Origin: Patescibacteria group bacterium
GTDB lineage: Bacteria > Patescibacteriota > Microgenomatia > UBA1400 > PJMF01
Length of the DNA: 64,000 nt
Assembly: GCA_041747555.1 (NCBI GenBank)
Contig: JBGTEY010000014.1
Location: 20,919-84,918, forward strand
Direction of reading: 5' to 3'
The notes under the pieces were generated by a model. The model was not told the DNA's origin and made no database searches. It worked only from the letters and a program-made list of their open reading frames with translations. How positions within the stretch are numbered: the stretch's first letter is position 1; each line of letters opens with the position of its first letter. A program made the translations under genes and the position numbers. Of this stretch, positions 8,401 through 18,030 are shown piece after piece.

Positions 8401-10524
8401 CAGAACTTGGTACGTTTTGGAATAACTTCGTCCCACATAGACAAACAGATCTTGAGACTCAAAGCTGGGAAGTAACGTAATTGTAGCAGTTTCTCCAGGT
8501 GCATAACTGTCTTTGTCTGTTTCTATATCAATTTTTTCTCCACCCATAATTGAGTTTTTTACTTCTTCTGTTCTGACATAAAAATGCATATCACCTCTTA
8601 TGACATTGTCATGCTTATCTCGAGCTTCAAACTCAATCTCGTGACTGTCAGATTTTTTGGGGGTGTAACTCATAGTTACCTCACCCTCATTATTAGAAAT
8701 CAGGCGTTGAGCTTCACCCACCGGAAATCTTTTGTCTCCTGAATGTATCTCATAAACTTGCGCGGAAACTTCTATTCCATTCGTATCAACGCCTGCTTTT
8801 GTTGGCAAAATGTTTATAGAAAAATTACTATTTTTACTAATTACGTGAGAATTATTACGGTTTGAAGGGTTTTGTTCGATTACAAAATCACCTGGATTTA
8901 TCAAAATTTGCCTGGCATCGTTTGTGGCTGTCCCAGTCGCATCTACATACTCCAAAACAATAGCCCACATTTGCCGATAGCCTGTGGTATTTTTCACATC
9001 TATCTCTAGGTCAGCGACACCATTTTTATCCAACTGCAGACTACCTTGTGCAATTATTGGACTTCGTGCACCGAAATCAGTAACGCTGGTATTGAAAGTG
9101 ATTCCTTCATAATGACCATCTAGACTTGCTTTATACTGGTACACTTTATATCTCACTGTTTGATCGCTCAACGGTTGACCCAAAAAATAGCTACCCTTAG
9201 CCTGAGCCTTGAATGTATCGCCTGGATAATATGTATGCTCTTCTAGATGTAATGAAATTTCGCTATCAGGCTTACGAAACTCAGCTACCTGAACTGACGT
9301 TCCGGTTAAATATGTATCACCGTCATAAACTGTTAAACTGTAATATCCCACTTCCAAATCATCGGGTAAGCTGATTTCATGATCAATTGTTCCCAAATCA
9401 TCAATTAATAATTGCGCTTCATACAAATTATTTTGCCCATTTTGACCTCCAGATAATACTGCTCTCACTTGACCACTTGGTAATGAATACGAAGCATCAT
9501 CATCTGTGCGAAAAATTGCCTTGTAATACAGTGTGTCTCCTGGCTTGTAGATAAAACGGTCAGTGAAAATGAATGATTTTTTGTCAATTATTCTTGGCCC
9601 GAAAGAGTAATACGAACCATTTTGATTGCGATGCGCAAAACCATTGAGGTTAATCGGCACAATTGTCAGGGAGTTATTATGAGAAACAATGGCAATGTCC
9701 AATGCATCACTCGCTGCCACTTCAACAATGCCTTGATCATTGGTGGACACGTCTCCCAGAGTTTTCACGGTGTCTTGTGTATTTAAGAGCTTGATCTTTG
9801 CATCAGCAACGAGCTTTTTATCACTATCTTGTACCCAGAACGTAATTTTGTTATCAGATTTATTTGCTACGCCCGCCAGTGACGATCTTACAATTACTGT
9901 TTTAATTTTTTGGTCTTGGTGCGTTCCCTCTAGATACCATATGCCCTCCTGCTCTAAGTCGAGGTTTGGCCGAGACTGGTGATCCTGGCTTGAATCACCA
10001 CCAATTTGCTGATTAAACGTTGAAACGAGCTCAAGTTGATTCGTATCGAACTCATACAATTTTTTTAATTGGCTTCCATACCAGCCCTCACTTTCTTTAG
10101 ATGAATAGCGGAGATAATTAAGTAAATCTTCTTCATTGATCTTATATAAACTAAAATTTACTTCTTCTTTAAAGTTCCAGGAGCGAATTTCAACGACCGG
10201 CTCCATAGCGCTACTCAGAACAATTACACCTTCATTCATGTTTCTACCAATATTGGATGTAAAGTAAACACTATCGCTTAAGCCAAGCACATCGCCCTCG
10301 GGTTTTTCTGCGATCGGTTGCGGTGAAGCAGTGACAGCTTTAAAGCGAGGTGGCGGTGAGGATTGCTCCACCCTTGCCCCTGTATTAGAAAAATAGTTTT
10401 GAGTCAAATAGATTGATGTTGAGCTAGAAACTACGATGCTGACGACCACAAATAAAAAAAGAACGGTAGGTAAGCGCGAGAAGTGCATCAGCGCACTCTG
10501 TAGTTTCTTTTTTTCGGGAGACAT
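5416..10524 (-). CDS. alpha-2-macroglobulin-family surface protein with internal Hint domain
   Basis: FTDRFIYKPGDT (MG2), TDKDSYAPGET, FKDTAYWNP...LPDNLTTW (A2M), IIDYLPSGL and YKARVISQGTFDTPPA (C-terminal MG/RBD); hydrophobic segments at both termini. Confidence 0.92.
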   Translation of the reverse strand: MSPEKKKLQSALMHFSRLPTVLFLFVVVSIVVSSSTSIYLTQNYFSNTGARVEQSSPPPRFKAVTASPQPIAEKPEGDVLGLSDSVYFTSNIGRNMNEGVIVLSSAMEPVVEIRSWNFKEEVNFSLYKINEEDLLNYLRYSSKESEGWYGSQLKKLYEFDTNQLELVSTFNQQIGGDSSQDHQSRPNLDLEQEGIWYLEGTHQDQKIKTVIVRSSLAGVANKSDNKITFWVQDSDKKLVADAKIKLLNTQDTVKTLGDVSTNDQGIVEVAASDALDIAIVSHNNSLTIVPINLNGFAHRNQNGSYYSFGPRIIDKKSFIFTDRFIYKPGDTLYYKAIFRTDDDASYSLPSGQVRAVLSGGQNGQNNLYEAQLLIDDLGTIDHEISLPDDLEVGYYSLTVYDGDTYLTGTSVQVAEFRKPDSEISLHLEEHTYYPGDTFKAQAKGSYFLGQPLSDQTVRYKVYQYKASLDGHYEGITFNTSVTDFGARSPIIAQGSLQLDKNGVADLEIDVKNTTGYRQMWAIVLEYVDATGTATNDARQILINPGDFVIEQNPSNRNNSHVISKNSNFSINILPTKAGVDTNGIEVSAQVYEIHSGDKRFPVGEAQRLISNNEGEVTMSYTPKKSDSHEIEFEARDKHDNVIRGDMHFYVRTEEVKNSIMGGEKIDIETDKDSYAPGETATITLLPSFESQDLFVYVGRSYSKTYQVLTNGSKQFSLTIPEDYQPNVRVAAGSFVGDYWVQGSQDVEVSTDDKKVELTFDFDQEIYGPAQTAIVDIAAKDALGNPVQTDVSVWVFDKALLELNRDNYGRIFDTFWGERYTFPLLHHSFEGLSSSGAEGGGGCFAADTSILMSDSSLKEISQVKTGDWIQTLKSSTSDELVSAQVTDTHLVEVDGYLIINQDLKITPEHKLLVNGKWQTAGQLKVGDELTTAEGLTERVSSIEWMRGKFSVYNLTVDTYHTFIANGIYVHNDKGDSRSIFKDTAYWNPHVATDAEGKARVTIQLPDNLTTWVIAGVSANQKTQVGSGEDEFIVTKELVVRPVMPSFLRQGDILHVSALLNNFTDQDLNLEIDASLNFSDFQVTGQPLLLAAKGLEALSWPVEITSQQSPATFHVRAQTTGQNEYIDEVFHEIPVYEYGFWQDSYLLGENQQTYDIPVSTGAVSDKTQTVLTLQANKYPEFKSDWQTILVTESIYFSNAPAILSMVAIGEQFGSELNLEYSSAQNQELAQNSIHTLVESFESDQSWKNFTGSEQKVEFLEALIFARKSGIVVDQNTLNTVIEYFAKWQPNKYEDQVMQQYAFSLTPELDLSRHYLEVNSSTNVERALMAIMANYRQGFVDQSAAIQQILDLKFENSYQLSWPADQTFRFGGIYKNSSRAVAALIELKADQEIVEKGLDFLYRNRDQQASYSLIRSIAEYLAYYTDSSQELAYTVSVDDQVMRSGTFKSSDEQVVEIPFEVGGITDRQLKITHQGESPVYSTVKTTEFITDRAAESESNHLEISRKYLSASKNEKPIEVGDLVVVELTVKNLGLGERNLEIIDYLPSGLVAIDESLDNGVFDNVGKNQFGQIKISGQTVELKISYTDQDVSTFRYKARVISQGTFDTPPAIVRHSFDPTLWARSNASQLVIDGKNSLELLAIQNSFPSGELPSPAKSSLPFSWKWIVAGILVLIPVAGYGIWIKKPRHFSKFTKDATPPDNAPPV
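7615..8001 (-). other. Hint (intein-like/BIL/PT-HINT type) domain, 129 aa, no endonuclease
   Basis: Block A CFAADTSI, block B ITPEH, block F/G VYNLTVDTYHTFIANGIYVHN; +1 residue is Asp. Confidence 0.92.
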
Positions 10525-10616
10525 ATATCGTCAATTCTAGCAACCATTTGGGTAAAAGAATAGATGTCCCGATCCCATTTGAATGCCCCACACCCAATCT
10601 ATGATATACTCCCCCC

Positions 10617-11258
10617 ATGATCAATGCAGTTCTTTTTGATGTCGATGGTGTACTTCTGGACTCCCTCGAAGCTAATAGCAAGTACGTTTCTGACCTCAAC
10701 TATGCGTTGGGAAATTCTCCGTTGCCAAAGGATTGGTACGCGGCCCGCTATCACCTTTCACTCAAGGATATCATTATGGAATTGTCAGAATCCAATGACC
10801 AAGGAAAACTTGAGCGACTTTTCACGTTTGCTAAAACAGAAGTTCCCTATGATCACACACTCTTGAAAATTCCAGAAAATACTGAGGTTGTTTTAAAAGC
10901 GCTTTCAGAAAAATACTCACTCGCTATAGTAACCAGTCGAATTCACGAGAGTATCTACAGCTTGCCACAACTTAAGAAAATCAAGCAGTATTTTGAAACC
11001 ACAATCGGTTACGAAGACACTGACGAGCACAAGCCTCACCCCGCTCCACTCATCGAGGCTTGTAGGCAACTTAAAGTAAAAACAACTGAAGCAGTCTATA
11101 TCGGTGATGCAATTACAGATGTTCAAGCAGCAGTCGCGGCAAAAATGCCAGTCATTCACTTCTCAGATGACCCGAGTGAGTTTGCGACATTTAGCACGCA
11201 TACTTTTTCTGCGCTACCCGCGCTCGTAGATCGTGTGAACGATGAAAATTCAGTTTAA
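10617..11258 (+). CDS. HAD-IA family hydrolase (phosphoglycolate phosphatase/PPaX-like)
   Basis: FDVDGVLLDS, IVTS, HKPHPAP, YIGDAITD motifs. Confidence 0.9.
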   Translation: MINAVLFDVDGVLLDSLEANSKYVSDLNYALGNSPLPKDWYAARYHLSLKDIIMELSESNDQGKLERLFTFAKTEVPYDHTLLKIPENTEVVLKALSEKYSLAIVTSRIHESIYSLPQLKKIKQYFETTIGYEDTDEHKPHPAPLIEACRQLKVKTTEAVYIGDAITDVQAAVAAKMPVIHFSDDPSEFATFSTHTFSALPALVDRVNDENSV

Positions 11259-12037
11259 TTAAATCGACCCAGCCCCAAGTTCGCACTATACAAAAAACTT
11301 CTATAGAAGAATAGGAGTGATCCAACCACATACAAACTATTCAGACCAAACGCGAGCAACATATATTCTCCAGAAACTCCGTTACCTGCCAAAATACTTC
11401 TCATTGATTCCAAAATGTAGGTTGTTGGAATTGCCCGACTGATCGGTTGCAAAAACACTGGTAATCGATCAAGTGGGAAAAATATAGCGCTAAATGGCAA
11501 CAAAATTCCGGGCAATGTCCAGATCACGGTCTGAACTTTTGGACCGTATCGCAAGACAATTCCCGCCGATATAAATCCAAGCCACCACCCAGTCATGGTC
11601 GCGCCCAAAAACAACAATGGCAACCACATCCCAAGTGCAAATACGTTTACTGAGTACAGTAAAAATACTACAGGAATCAAAAGTGACATGGTGATACTCG
11701 TCTTAACAACTGATAAAATCAAAACCGACGTCACCCATTCTGGCACGGTCAATGGTGTAGAAAACAAATTGACGAGATTATTATTCCAAATTTCATCCAT
11801 TAAATTACGCGAGACCTCAGCTTGTGCGCGCCAAATAATGTTCCACAGCACCAGTCCCAAAAGTATTGAGGCAACAATCGAAGTCCCCCCCGCACTGTCA
11901 GAAAGCCACTGGCTCGTCACACCCCAGAGCACGGTATCAACCATTGGCCAATAAATCATATCGGACAATAAATCAAAATCACGCTTGAGCGGGTACGTGT
12001 GTCGGTACAATAATGCTTGGATGCGATGTAGTTTCAT
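11255..12037 (-). CDS. ABC-2 type exporter permease
   Basis: About six TM segments; FSTPL and FFPLDRLP...PTTY motifs; overlaps ATPase gene. Confidence 0.88.
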   Translation of the reverse strand: MKLHRIQALLYRHTYPLKRDFDLLSDMIYWPMVDTVLWGVTSQWLSDSAGGTSIVASILLGLVLWNIIWRAQAEVSRNLMDEIWNNNLVNLFSTPLTVPEWVTSVLILSVVKTSITMSLLIPVVFLLYSVNVFALGMWLPLLFLGATMTGWWLGFISAGIVLRYGPKVQTVIWTLPGILLPFSAIFFPLDRLPVFLQPISRAIPTTYILESMRSILAGNGVSGEYMLLAFGLNSLYVVGSLLFFYRSFLYSANLGLGRFN

Positions 12038-13005
12038 GATTTTTTCCCATTAGAATTTTTTGAGTTTGGGACGCCACTGGTTTGTAAGAAGTAATCTTCT
12101 AAAGTCGGCGTGTCGATGGCAATACTTGAATATGAGATTTTCTCTGCTGCTAATTTCGATAAAAATGACGCAACTTCTTGCTCATCAATTTTGATCGTCG
12201 CTCGTCTGCCTTCGACAGAAACTTCCAAACCGAGCTCACCACAAAAACGATTAACTCGTTTCAAACCATCAATAATCTCCAAATGCATCGTCGCACCAGA
12301 AACAGATTTTGCCAAATTTTCTGGCGTATCAATTGCCAAAATTGCCCCCTCACGCAAAAACATCACTCGATCACAGACATCTGCAACTTCGTCCATATTA
12401 TGTGACGTGTATAAAATACTGGTGTCAAATGTCTGTTGTTGTTCCTTCACAAATTGCCGTACCTGATGGGCAATGTCAGGATCAAGCGAAGCAGTCGGCT
12501 CGTCGAGCAATACTACTTTAGGATGCGGAATAAATGCCTTTGCCAACATAATTCGCGTCACTTGCCCTGCGGATAACTGATTCATCGTCTTAAATCTTTG
12601 TTCCCAAACACCAAAGAAGCCCAAAAACCGCTCTGCACGCTGTAAAAATGCCTCGTGCCCAACTCCATACAAGAGCGCATAAATCTTGAGATTTTCCATC
12701 ACGGTTAACCGCCATGGCATTTTAATATACGTACTAGCAAAGGTAACCTGCTCTAAAATGTCACTTTTATGTTCTGAAAGTTCTTGACCAAAATACCGAA
12801 TGCTCCCAGACGTCGGTGTCAAGTTCCCCATCAACATAGAAATAGTCGTGGACTTGCCTGCACCATTTGGACCGAGCAGCCCCAATATTTCGCCTTTTTT
12901 AAGTTCAAAAGAAATATTCTTCACGGCAGTAAATGGCTGCCCGTTCTTTTTCTCTGCGGGGTACACTTTATGAAGCTGGTCGACAACTACTATCGATTTT
13001 GACAT
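12034..13005 (-). CDS. ABC transporter ATP-binding protein (DrrA-like)
   Basis: GPNGAGKST, LSAGQ, LLDEPT, SH switch. Confidence 0.93.
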   Translation of the reverse strand: MSKSIVVVDQLHKVYPAEKKNGQPFTAVKNISFELKKGEILGLLGPNGAGKSTTISMLMGNLTPTSGSIRYFGQELSEHKSDILEQVTFASTYIKMPWRLTVMENLKIYALLYGVGHEAFLQRAERFLGFFGVWEQRFKTMNQLSAGQVTRIMLAKAFIPHPKVVLLDEPTASLDPDIAHQVRQFVKEQQQTFDTSILYTSHNMDEVADVCDRVMFLREGAILAIDTPENLAKSVSGATMHLEIIDGLKRVNRFCGELGLEVSVEGRRATIKIDEQEVASFLSKLAAEKISYSSIAIDTPTLEDYFLQTSGVPNSKNSNGKKS

Positions 13006-13081
13006 ACGTCAATTCTACCCAAAGAAAACAGAACTGTCTTACAGAGAGTGTAAAAAATAAATTATTAGAAAACGTGCGCGA

Positions 13082-14002
13082 TTAACCCTTTGAAGAAGGA
13101 GTATTCTTGCGGCGATTTGATACATACCAAATCACCAGCACTATTGGTGCCCAGACAACGCTGTACACAGTGAGCCAAATTATACCATACGCGACAACAT
13201 ACAGTTTATCCTTGAGCGAATCGATGGCTCGCTCAAATTCTGCACGAACGTCGGTTGAGTTTGGATTGAAGTAATTCTCACTGCTGGCGACGTTGACGGT
13301 GATGGTCGCATACTCGATTTGCTCGGAGACTGCTCGTTGTTGCTGCTCGAGTTGGGTGATCTGACGATTAATGCGATCGATTTCAAGCTGAACTCTTCTC
13401 TGATCAGCCGTAGTTGGCGCTTCTTGGAGCTCAATTTCTTTGAGCGCAACTTGATCTCGTAAATCCACAAGCTGATCTTGGATTGAAACTGCAGTACCAG
13501 TTCTGTCATCAGCATTTATGGATTCATTCACAACTTCTTTGACATCAGATGTAATTCGCGATGAGGCTTCTTCAAAACGAGTTACTGGAACCTTAATTCT
13601 CAAGTATCCATATTCATGGCGCTGTTGTTTTCCTTGATTCTGATTGAGAACTCGACCATCGATACTCAGGACATATTCTTTAGTAGATCGAATGTAATTT
13701 GAGACATTGTCGACAACAACATCATGATAGGAAGATTTTTCATACAATCGATCCTCAACTTGCAAGGCGTCATCTGATGGATAGTACGGAGGATAAAAGT
13801 CAGGAGCGATCATGGACGTTGCTGCGCCACCAAGCGCTCGATCTTCCATCATTTCTGCTTTACCGGGACTGTTAGTCACCGAACCAATCATCGTTCGCGA
13901 ACGGCTATTGCCAGTCAACATACCAATGGCGGTCACTACAACAAACGTCAAAATACCAAGTGCGAGAACAATAAGTGCAATTTTTTGTTTCGGCATATGC
14001 AT
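13082..14002 (-). CDS. DUF4349 family membrane protein
   Basis: N-terminal TM, LRIKVP...F, coiled coil, EYATITV, C-terminal TM. Confidence 0.75.
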   Translation of the reverse strand: MHMPKQKIALIVLALGILTFVVVTAIGMLTGNSRSRTMIGSVTNSPGKAEMMEDRALGGAATSMIAPDFYPPYYPSDDALQVEDRLYEKSSYHDVVVDNVSNYIRSTKEYVLSIDGRVLNQNQGKQQRHEYGYLRIKVPVTRFEEASSRITSDVKEVVNESINADDRTGTAVSIQDQLVDLRDQVALKEIELQEAPTTADQRRVQLEIDRINRQITQLEQQQRAVSEQIEYATITVNVASSENYFNPNSTDVRAEFERAIDSLKDKLYVVAYGIIWLTVYSVVWAPIVLVIWYVSNRRKNTPSSKG

Positions 14003-14032
14003 TCAGTATAGCATCACTCTGCAAAACTTCAT

Positions 14033-16219
14033 CTACATTTCTTCGGGTGCCTGTCTTGACCGCAAGTATTCGAGGACTGCAGTACCATGGACATCTCTGG
14101 GCTTACTCCCCTGCTGCGGACCAACAAAACCTGCATCATGCAGTTGATCCAAAATTCTTGCAGCACGATTATATCCTACAGAAAACTGTCTCTGGATCAA
14201 TGACGATGACCCTTTATCTGCCTGGACAACAAATTGCGCTACCTCATCAAATAATTCGTCACGTTCTTCACCATCGGTGCCTGCCATTGAGGAACCTTTG
14301 CCGGTAACTGCTTTATATTTGGTAGTAATTTCTTCTTTGTATTCTGGTTTTTGACCTTGTTCTTTGATGAAATCTATTAAATTCTTAATTTCTTTATCAG
14401 AAACATACGTTCCCTGCACCCGAACTGGCTTGGCCTGATCTGGTGGGACAAACAACATGTCACCTTTACCAAGTAGTTTCTCTGCTCCTGGCGTATCCAA
14501 AATAACTCTTGAGTCAGTCATGGATGACACGTTAAATGCAATTCTTGCTGGGATGTTTGCCTTGATCAGTCCAGTAATAACGTCAACAGAAGGTCGCTGG
14601 GTGGCAAGGAGCAAATGAATACCTACCGCACGTGCCATTTGAGCAATTCTAGTAATGCATTCCTCAACATCAGAAGGTGCAAAGAGCATGATATCTGCCA
14701 ACTCATCAATTACGATTACGATATGCGGCATGGCTGCCAAGCCCGCAAGTTCGTTATAGCCATCGATATTTTTGACCCCAACTTGCGCAAGTTGTTTGTA
14801 CCGACGATCCATTTCGTGAGTCGACCAACGGAGTGCAGAGACGACCTTTTTGGGATCAACGATAACTGGAGTCAAGAGATGCGGGATGTCGTTGTAGCCG
14901 GTCAACTCGACTCGCTTAGGGTCGACAAGAATGAATTTAACTTCATCAGGGCTGGCTCTAAATAAAATTGAACAAATAAATGAGTTGATCGCCACAGATT
15001 TACCAGATCCCGTCGCACCTGCGATCAAGACGTGCGGCATAGCTGAAATGTTCATTACTGCTGGGTGGCCACTGACGTTGATTCCAAGTGCCGTTGCAAG
15101 TCGAGACTGATTTCCCTTCATTTGGGTGGAGGCGAGCATTTTTCTAAGGGTTACGTATTGTGCGGAGTAATTTGGCACTTCGACACCCACAAGAGAACGG
15201 CCAGCTATTGGTGCTTCGATTCTGATCTGTCCACCGGGAGCTGCCAGGGCGAGGGCGAGGTCGGTGGCGAGACCGGTGATTTTAGAAAGCTTGGTACCGC
15301 GAGCGATCTCGAGTGCATATTGGGTGACTGATGGACCATAATTAACTTCTTTGACCTTGGCACGGATGCCGAATGATTCGAGTGTTGTTTCAATAACAGT
15401 AGCGTTCTTTTTGACGTCTCCGCGATCTGCCTCACCACCTTCTGAACTTGAAAGGAGTGAGAGTGGTGGATATTCCCAAATTCTTTGCGCATCGTTTGGT
15501 GCCAGGAGTGCTCCGGAAAGTTCTTTGTCTTCGTCTGTCTGTAATTTTTGCTGTGCGGTTGCAGGTGTAATAGCGGTGCCGATTTGATCTTCTGGTGCAG
15601 ATTTAACTGCATTTTTGTTGTCATTTATGGCAAAACTGTCATCTGGCGTGTTCTTTTTGCCAAATGGTAGCGAAAGTTTGGGCAAATGAAAGCCTGATTG
15701 TTTTTGATCAGATTCAAACACTGGTTCTGCGTTTTGTTTTTTGGCAGGTAGTTTGGGCTTCATTTTGGCGACATGCTCGAGGACTTCCTGAACTGACATT
15801 TGGGTCAAAATTAATATTCCGATGAATAAAACCGATCCAAAAATGGCATACGCGCCGGCATCGGCAACTAACGTACTGACGTTGGCAAATGTTGTCGAAC
15901 CGACAGTGCCAGTTTTAAACGTGCCCATAAACCCAAGCATAATTAACAGTGTGCCAAGGAGTACGTGTGGATCAGACCATTTCCACTTGGTGCGAAACAG
16001 CATCATACCTGCAGAAATACACACGAATGGCAAAATAAACAGCGATGCACCGAGTGCAGAGCTGAGCTCTGTATTGAGCATTTGCAGTAATTTACCCTGA
16101 CCTGTGAACGACACAATCACTAAGACGCCAACAGTTACGAAAAGTACGCCGAGGATTGAATATAGTGTCCCAGACGGGAGTGATAGTTTTGGTAGTTTTG
16201 ATTTTTTTCTTCGACCCAT
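14033..16219 (-). CDS. ftsK: DNA translocase FtsK/SpoIIIE
   Basis: N-terminal TMs, PHVLIAGATGSGKS, IDELAD, ATQRPSVDVITG, gamma domain GYNRAAR. Confidence 0.96.
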   Translation of the reverse strand: MGRRKKSKLPKLSLPSGTLYSILGVLFVTVGVLVIVSFTGQGKLLQMLNTELSSALGASLFILPFVCISAGMMLFRTKWKWSDPHVLLGTLLIMLGFMGTFKTGTVGSTTFANVSTLVADAGAYAIFGSVLFIGILILTQMSVQEVLEHVAKMKPKLPAKKQNAEPVFESDQKQSGFHLPKLSLPFGKKNTPDDSFAINDNKNAVKSAPEDQIGTAITPATAQQKLQTDEDKELSGALLAPNDAQRIWEYPPLSLLSSSEGGEADRGDVKKNATVIETTLESFGIRAKVKEVNYGPSVTQYALEIARGTKLSKITGLATDLALALAAPGGQIRIEAPIAGRSLVGVEVPNYSAQYVTLRKMLASTQMKGNQSRLATALGINVSGHPAVMNISAMPHVLIAGATGSGKSVAINSFICSILFRASPDEVKFILVDPKRVELTGYNDIPHLLTPVIVDPKKVVSALRWSTHEMDRRYKQLAQVGVKNIDGYNELAGLAAMPHIVIVIDELADIMLFAPSDVEECITRIAQMARAVGIHLLLATQRPSVDVITGLIKANIPARIAFNVSSMTDSRVILDTPGAEKLLGKGDMLFVPPDQAKPVRVQGTYVSDKEIKNLIDFIKEQGQKPEYKEEITTKYKAVTGKGSSMAGTDGEERDELFDEVAQFVVQADKGSSSLIQRQFSVGYNRAARILDQLHDAGFVGPQQGSKPRDVHGTAVLEYLRSRQAPEEM

Positions 16220-16374
16220 AGGTGCAGGCTAATATCGCTTGTATATATTATTATAGGATTTAGAGTGGTTTGTCAAGCAGCTCATCGAGATAGCTCCATC
16301 CCACCAAACCAGTGCTCACTACAAGCACGATCTACACTTACTATACCCCGTTGACCTCTAGTAATCAAAGTGGG

Positions 16375-18030
16375 TTATCGATCTATAATAACAGGCACAA
16401 TCATCGGTTCTCTGCGAATGATGCTAAAGAGTTTGCGAGCCAAACGCTTTTCGATCTCTTTACGGAGAATTTCGTCTGATTTTTTACCAAATTTTTCAAT
16501 GGTCTCGATGGTGCTTTCATGGATGAAGTTGATTACTTCTTCTGCTTCTTTCATGAAGACAAAACCTCTTGAGACAATTTCTATTTGATCGAGTAAGAAT
16601 TCGTCATTATGTCTGGGAATTACCAGCACGATAATTCCTGACTCACCCATTGCGCGACGATCAGATAGGACAATTGGTCCCACATCACCTACGCCGAGTC
16701 CGTCAACAATTTGAGGTTTGAGGATGATTTTCTCTGCTGTTCGAGGTGCACCAAGACCAAATTCGAGGATTTCTCCTTTTTCTGGTATCAAAACTGATTG
16801 CTCGTTGTAGCCGAGTGGTTCTGCGACTTTTTCTAGAAATAGCACTCTGTGACGATCTGCGCCACCCATGGGGAAAAGATACGTTGGATTGAGTGTTCTG
16901 ACCATTTCTTGTTGTTCTGGTGCGCTAGCGTGACCAGATTGATGAAGACCATCTTGAATTGCTGGATACACCACGTGAATTCTGTTTCTACATAATTCAT
17001 CGATGGCAGCATAGTATGGCAATTCATTACCTGGAATGGCATCAGCCGAGAAAACTACTGTATCATTTGGTGAAATTCTGAGCGCACGGTGTTCTCCGAA
17101 AATTGCACGCACCAATGACGAGCCTTCTTGACCTTGACTACCTGCAACGATTACACAGAGTTGTTTGTCTGCATAATTTGAAAGTTTTCGCTTGTCGACC
17201 ATAACTCCGGCTGGAATAGTAATTTTGTTCAGACGAAGTGCAACTTCTATATTTTGTTCGACAGATCTGCCAATAAATGCAACTTTTCTGCCTTGAGCAA
17301 CAGCTGCATCAACGACTTGTTGAATTCTATGCAAATGCGAGCTCATAAGTGTGATGACGTATTTACCCTCAGTTTTCATCATGATGTCAGAAAGTACGGG
17401 GCCAACGGTTGACTCTGAAGGAACCCAGTTTGGATTCTCTACACGTAAACAATCGAGCAACATGCAGGTAATGCCATTTTCTGCAGCTTCTGTAATTCCC
17501 CGTATATCGGTTAAAATACCATCTACAGGCGCGGGATCAAGTTTGTAATCTGAACCATGATAAAACGTCCCCGCCTCACAGGTAACCAAAATATGTCGGG
17601 TATCAGGCACAGAATGCGTAACTGCAAACAACTGAATCGTGAAGCCACCGAGCGTAAATTCGTTAGAGTGATCGACAACATTGACGGTTCGCTTTGCTTG
17701 ACTTTCTTTCATGCGATCTTCAGCAAAACCGGCAGTCAGTGGCGATGCATAGATTGGAAACTCTGGTAACGCAGGCAGTAGATATGCGAGTGCACCAATA
17801 TGGTCGTCATGGCCATGGGATAATACCATTCCAACTACTGTCTTGCCTTGTTCTATTTTTTTTAAAAGATATGAAATATCTGGGATGAGAATATCTGCTC
17901 CCGGCATGTAATGATCGGGAAATCCAATTCCACAATCAATGATCAAAATTTCTTGATCCATTTCATATAAAAACATATTTTGGGTGACACCACCCATTCC
18001 TCCAAGAGGAACTATTTTAAGTGTATTCAT
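16375..18030 (-). CDS. rnj: ribonuclease J
   Basis: PLGG, SHGHDDHIG, THSVPD, GSQG, HQSGHA motifs. Confidence 0.94.
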   Translation of the reverse strand: MNTLKIVPLGGMGGVTQNMFLYEMDQEILIIDCGIGFPDHYMPGADILIPDISYLLKKIEQGKTVVGMVLSHGHDDHIGALAYLLPALPEFPIYASPLTAGFAEDRMKESQAKRTVNVVDHSNEFTLGGFTIQLFAVTHSVPDTRHILVTCEAGTFYHGSDYKLDPAPVDGILTDIRGITEAAENGITCMLLDCLRVENPNWVPSESTVGPVLSDIMMKTEGKYVITLMSSHLHRIQQVVDAAVAQGRKVAFIGRSVEQNIEVALRLNKITIPAGVMVDKRKLSNYADKQLCVIVAGSQGQEGSSLVRAIFGEHRALRISPNDTVVFSADAIPGNELPYYAAIDELCRNRIHVVYPAIQDGLHQSGHASAPEQQEMVRTLNPTYLFPMGGADRHRVLFLEKVAEPLGYNEQSVLIPEKGEILEFGLGAPRTAEKIILKPQIVDGLGVGDVGPIVLSDRRAMGESGIIVLVIPRHNDEFLLDQIEIVSRGFVFMKEAEEVINFIHESTIETIEKFGKKSDEILRKEIEKRLARKLFSIIRREPMIVPVIIDR

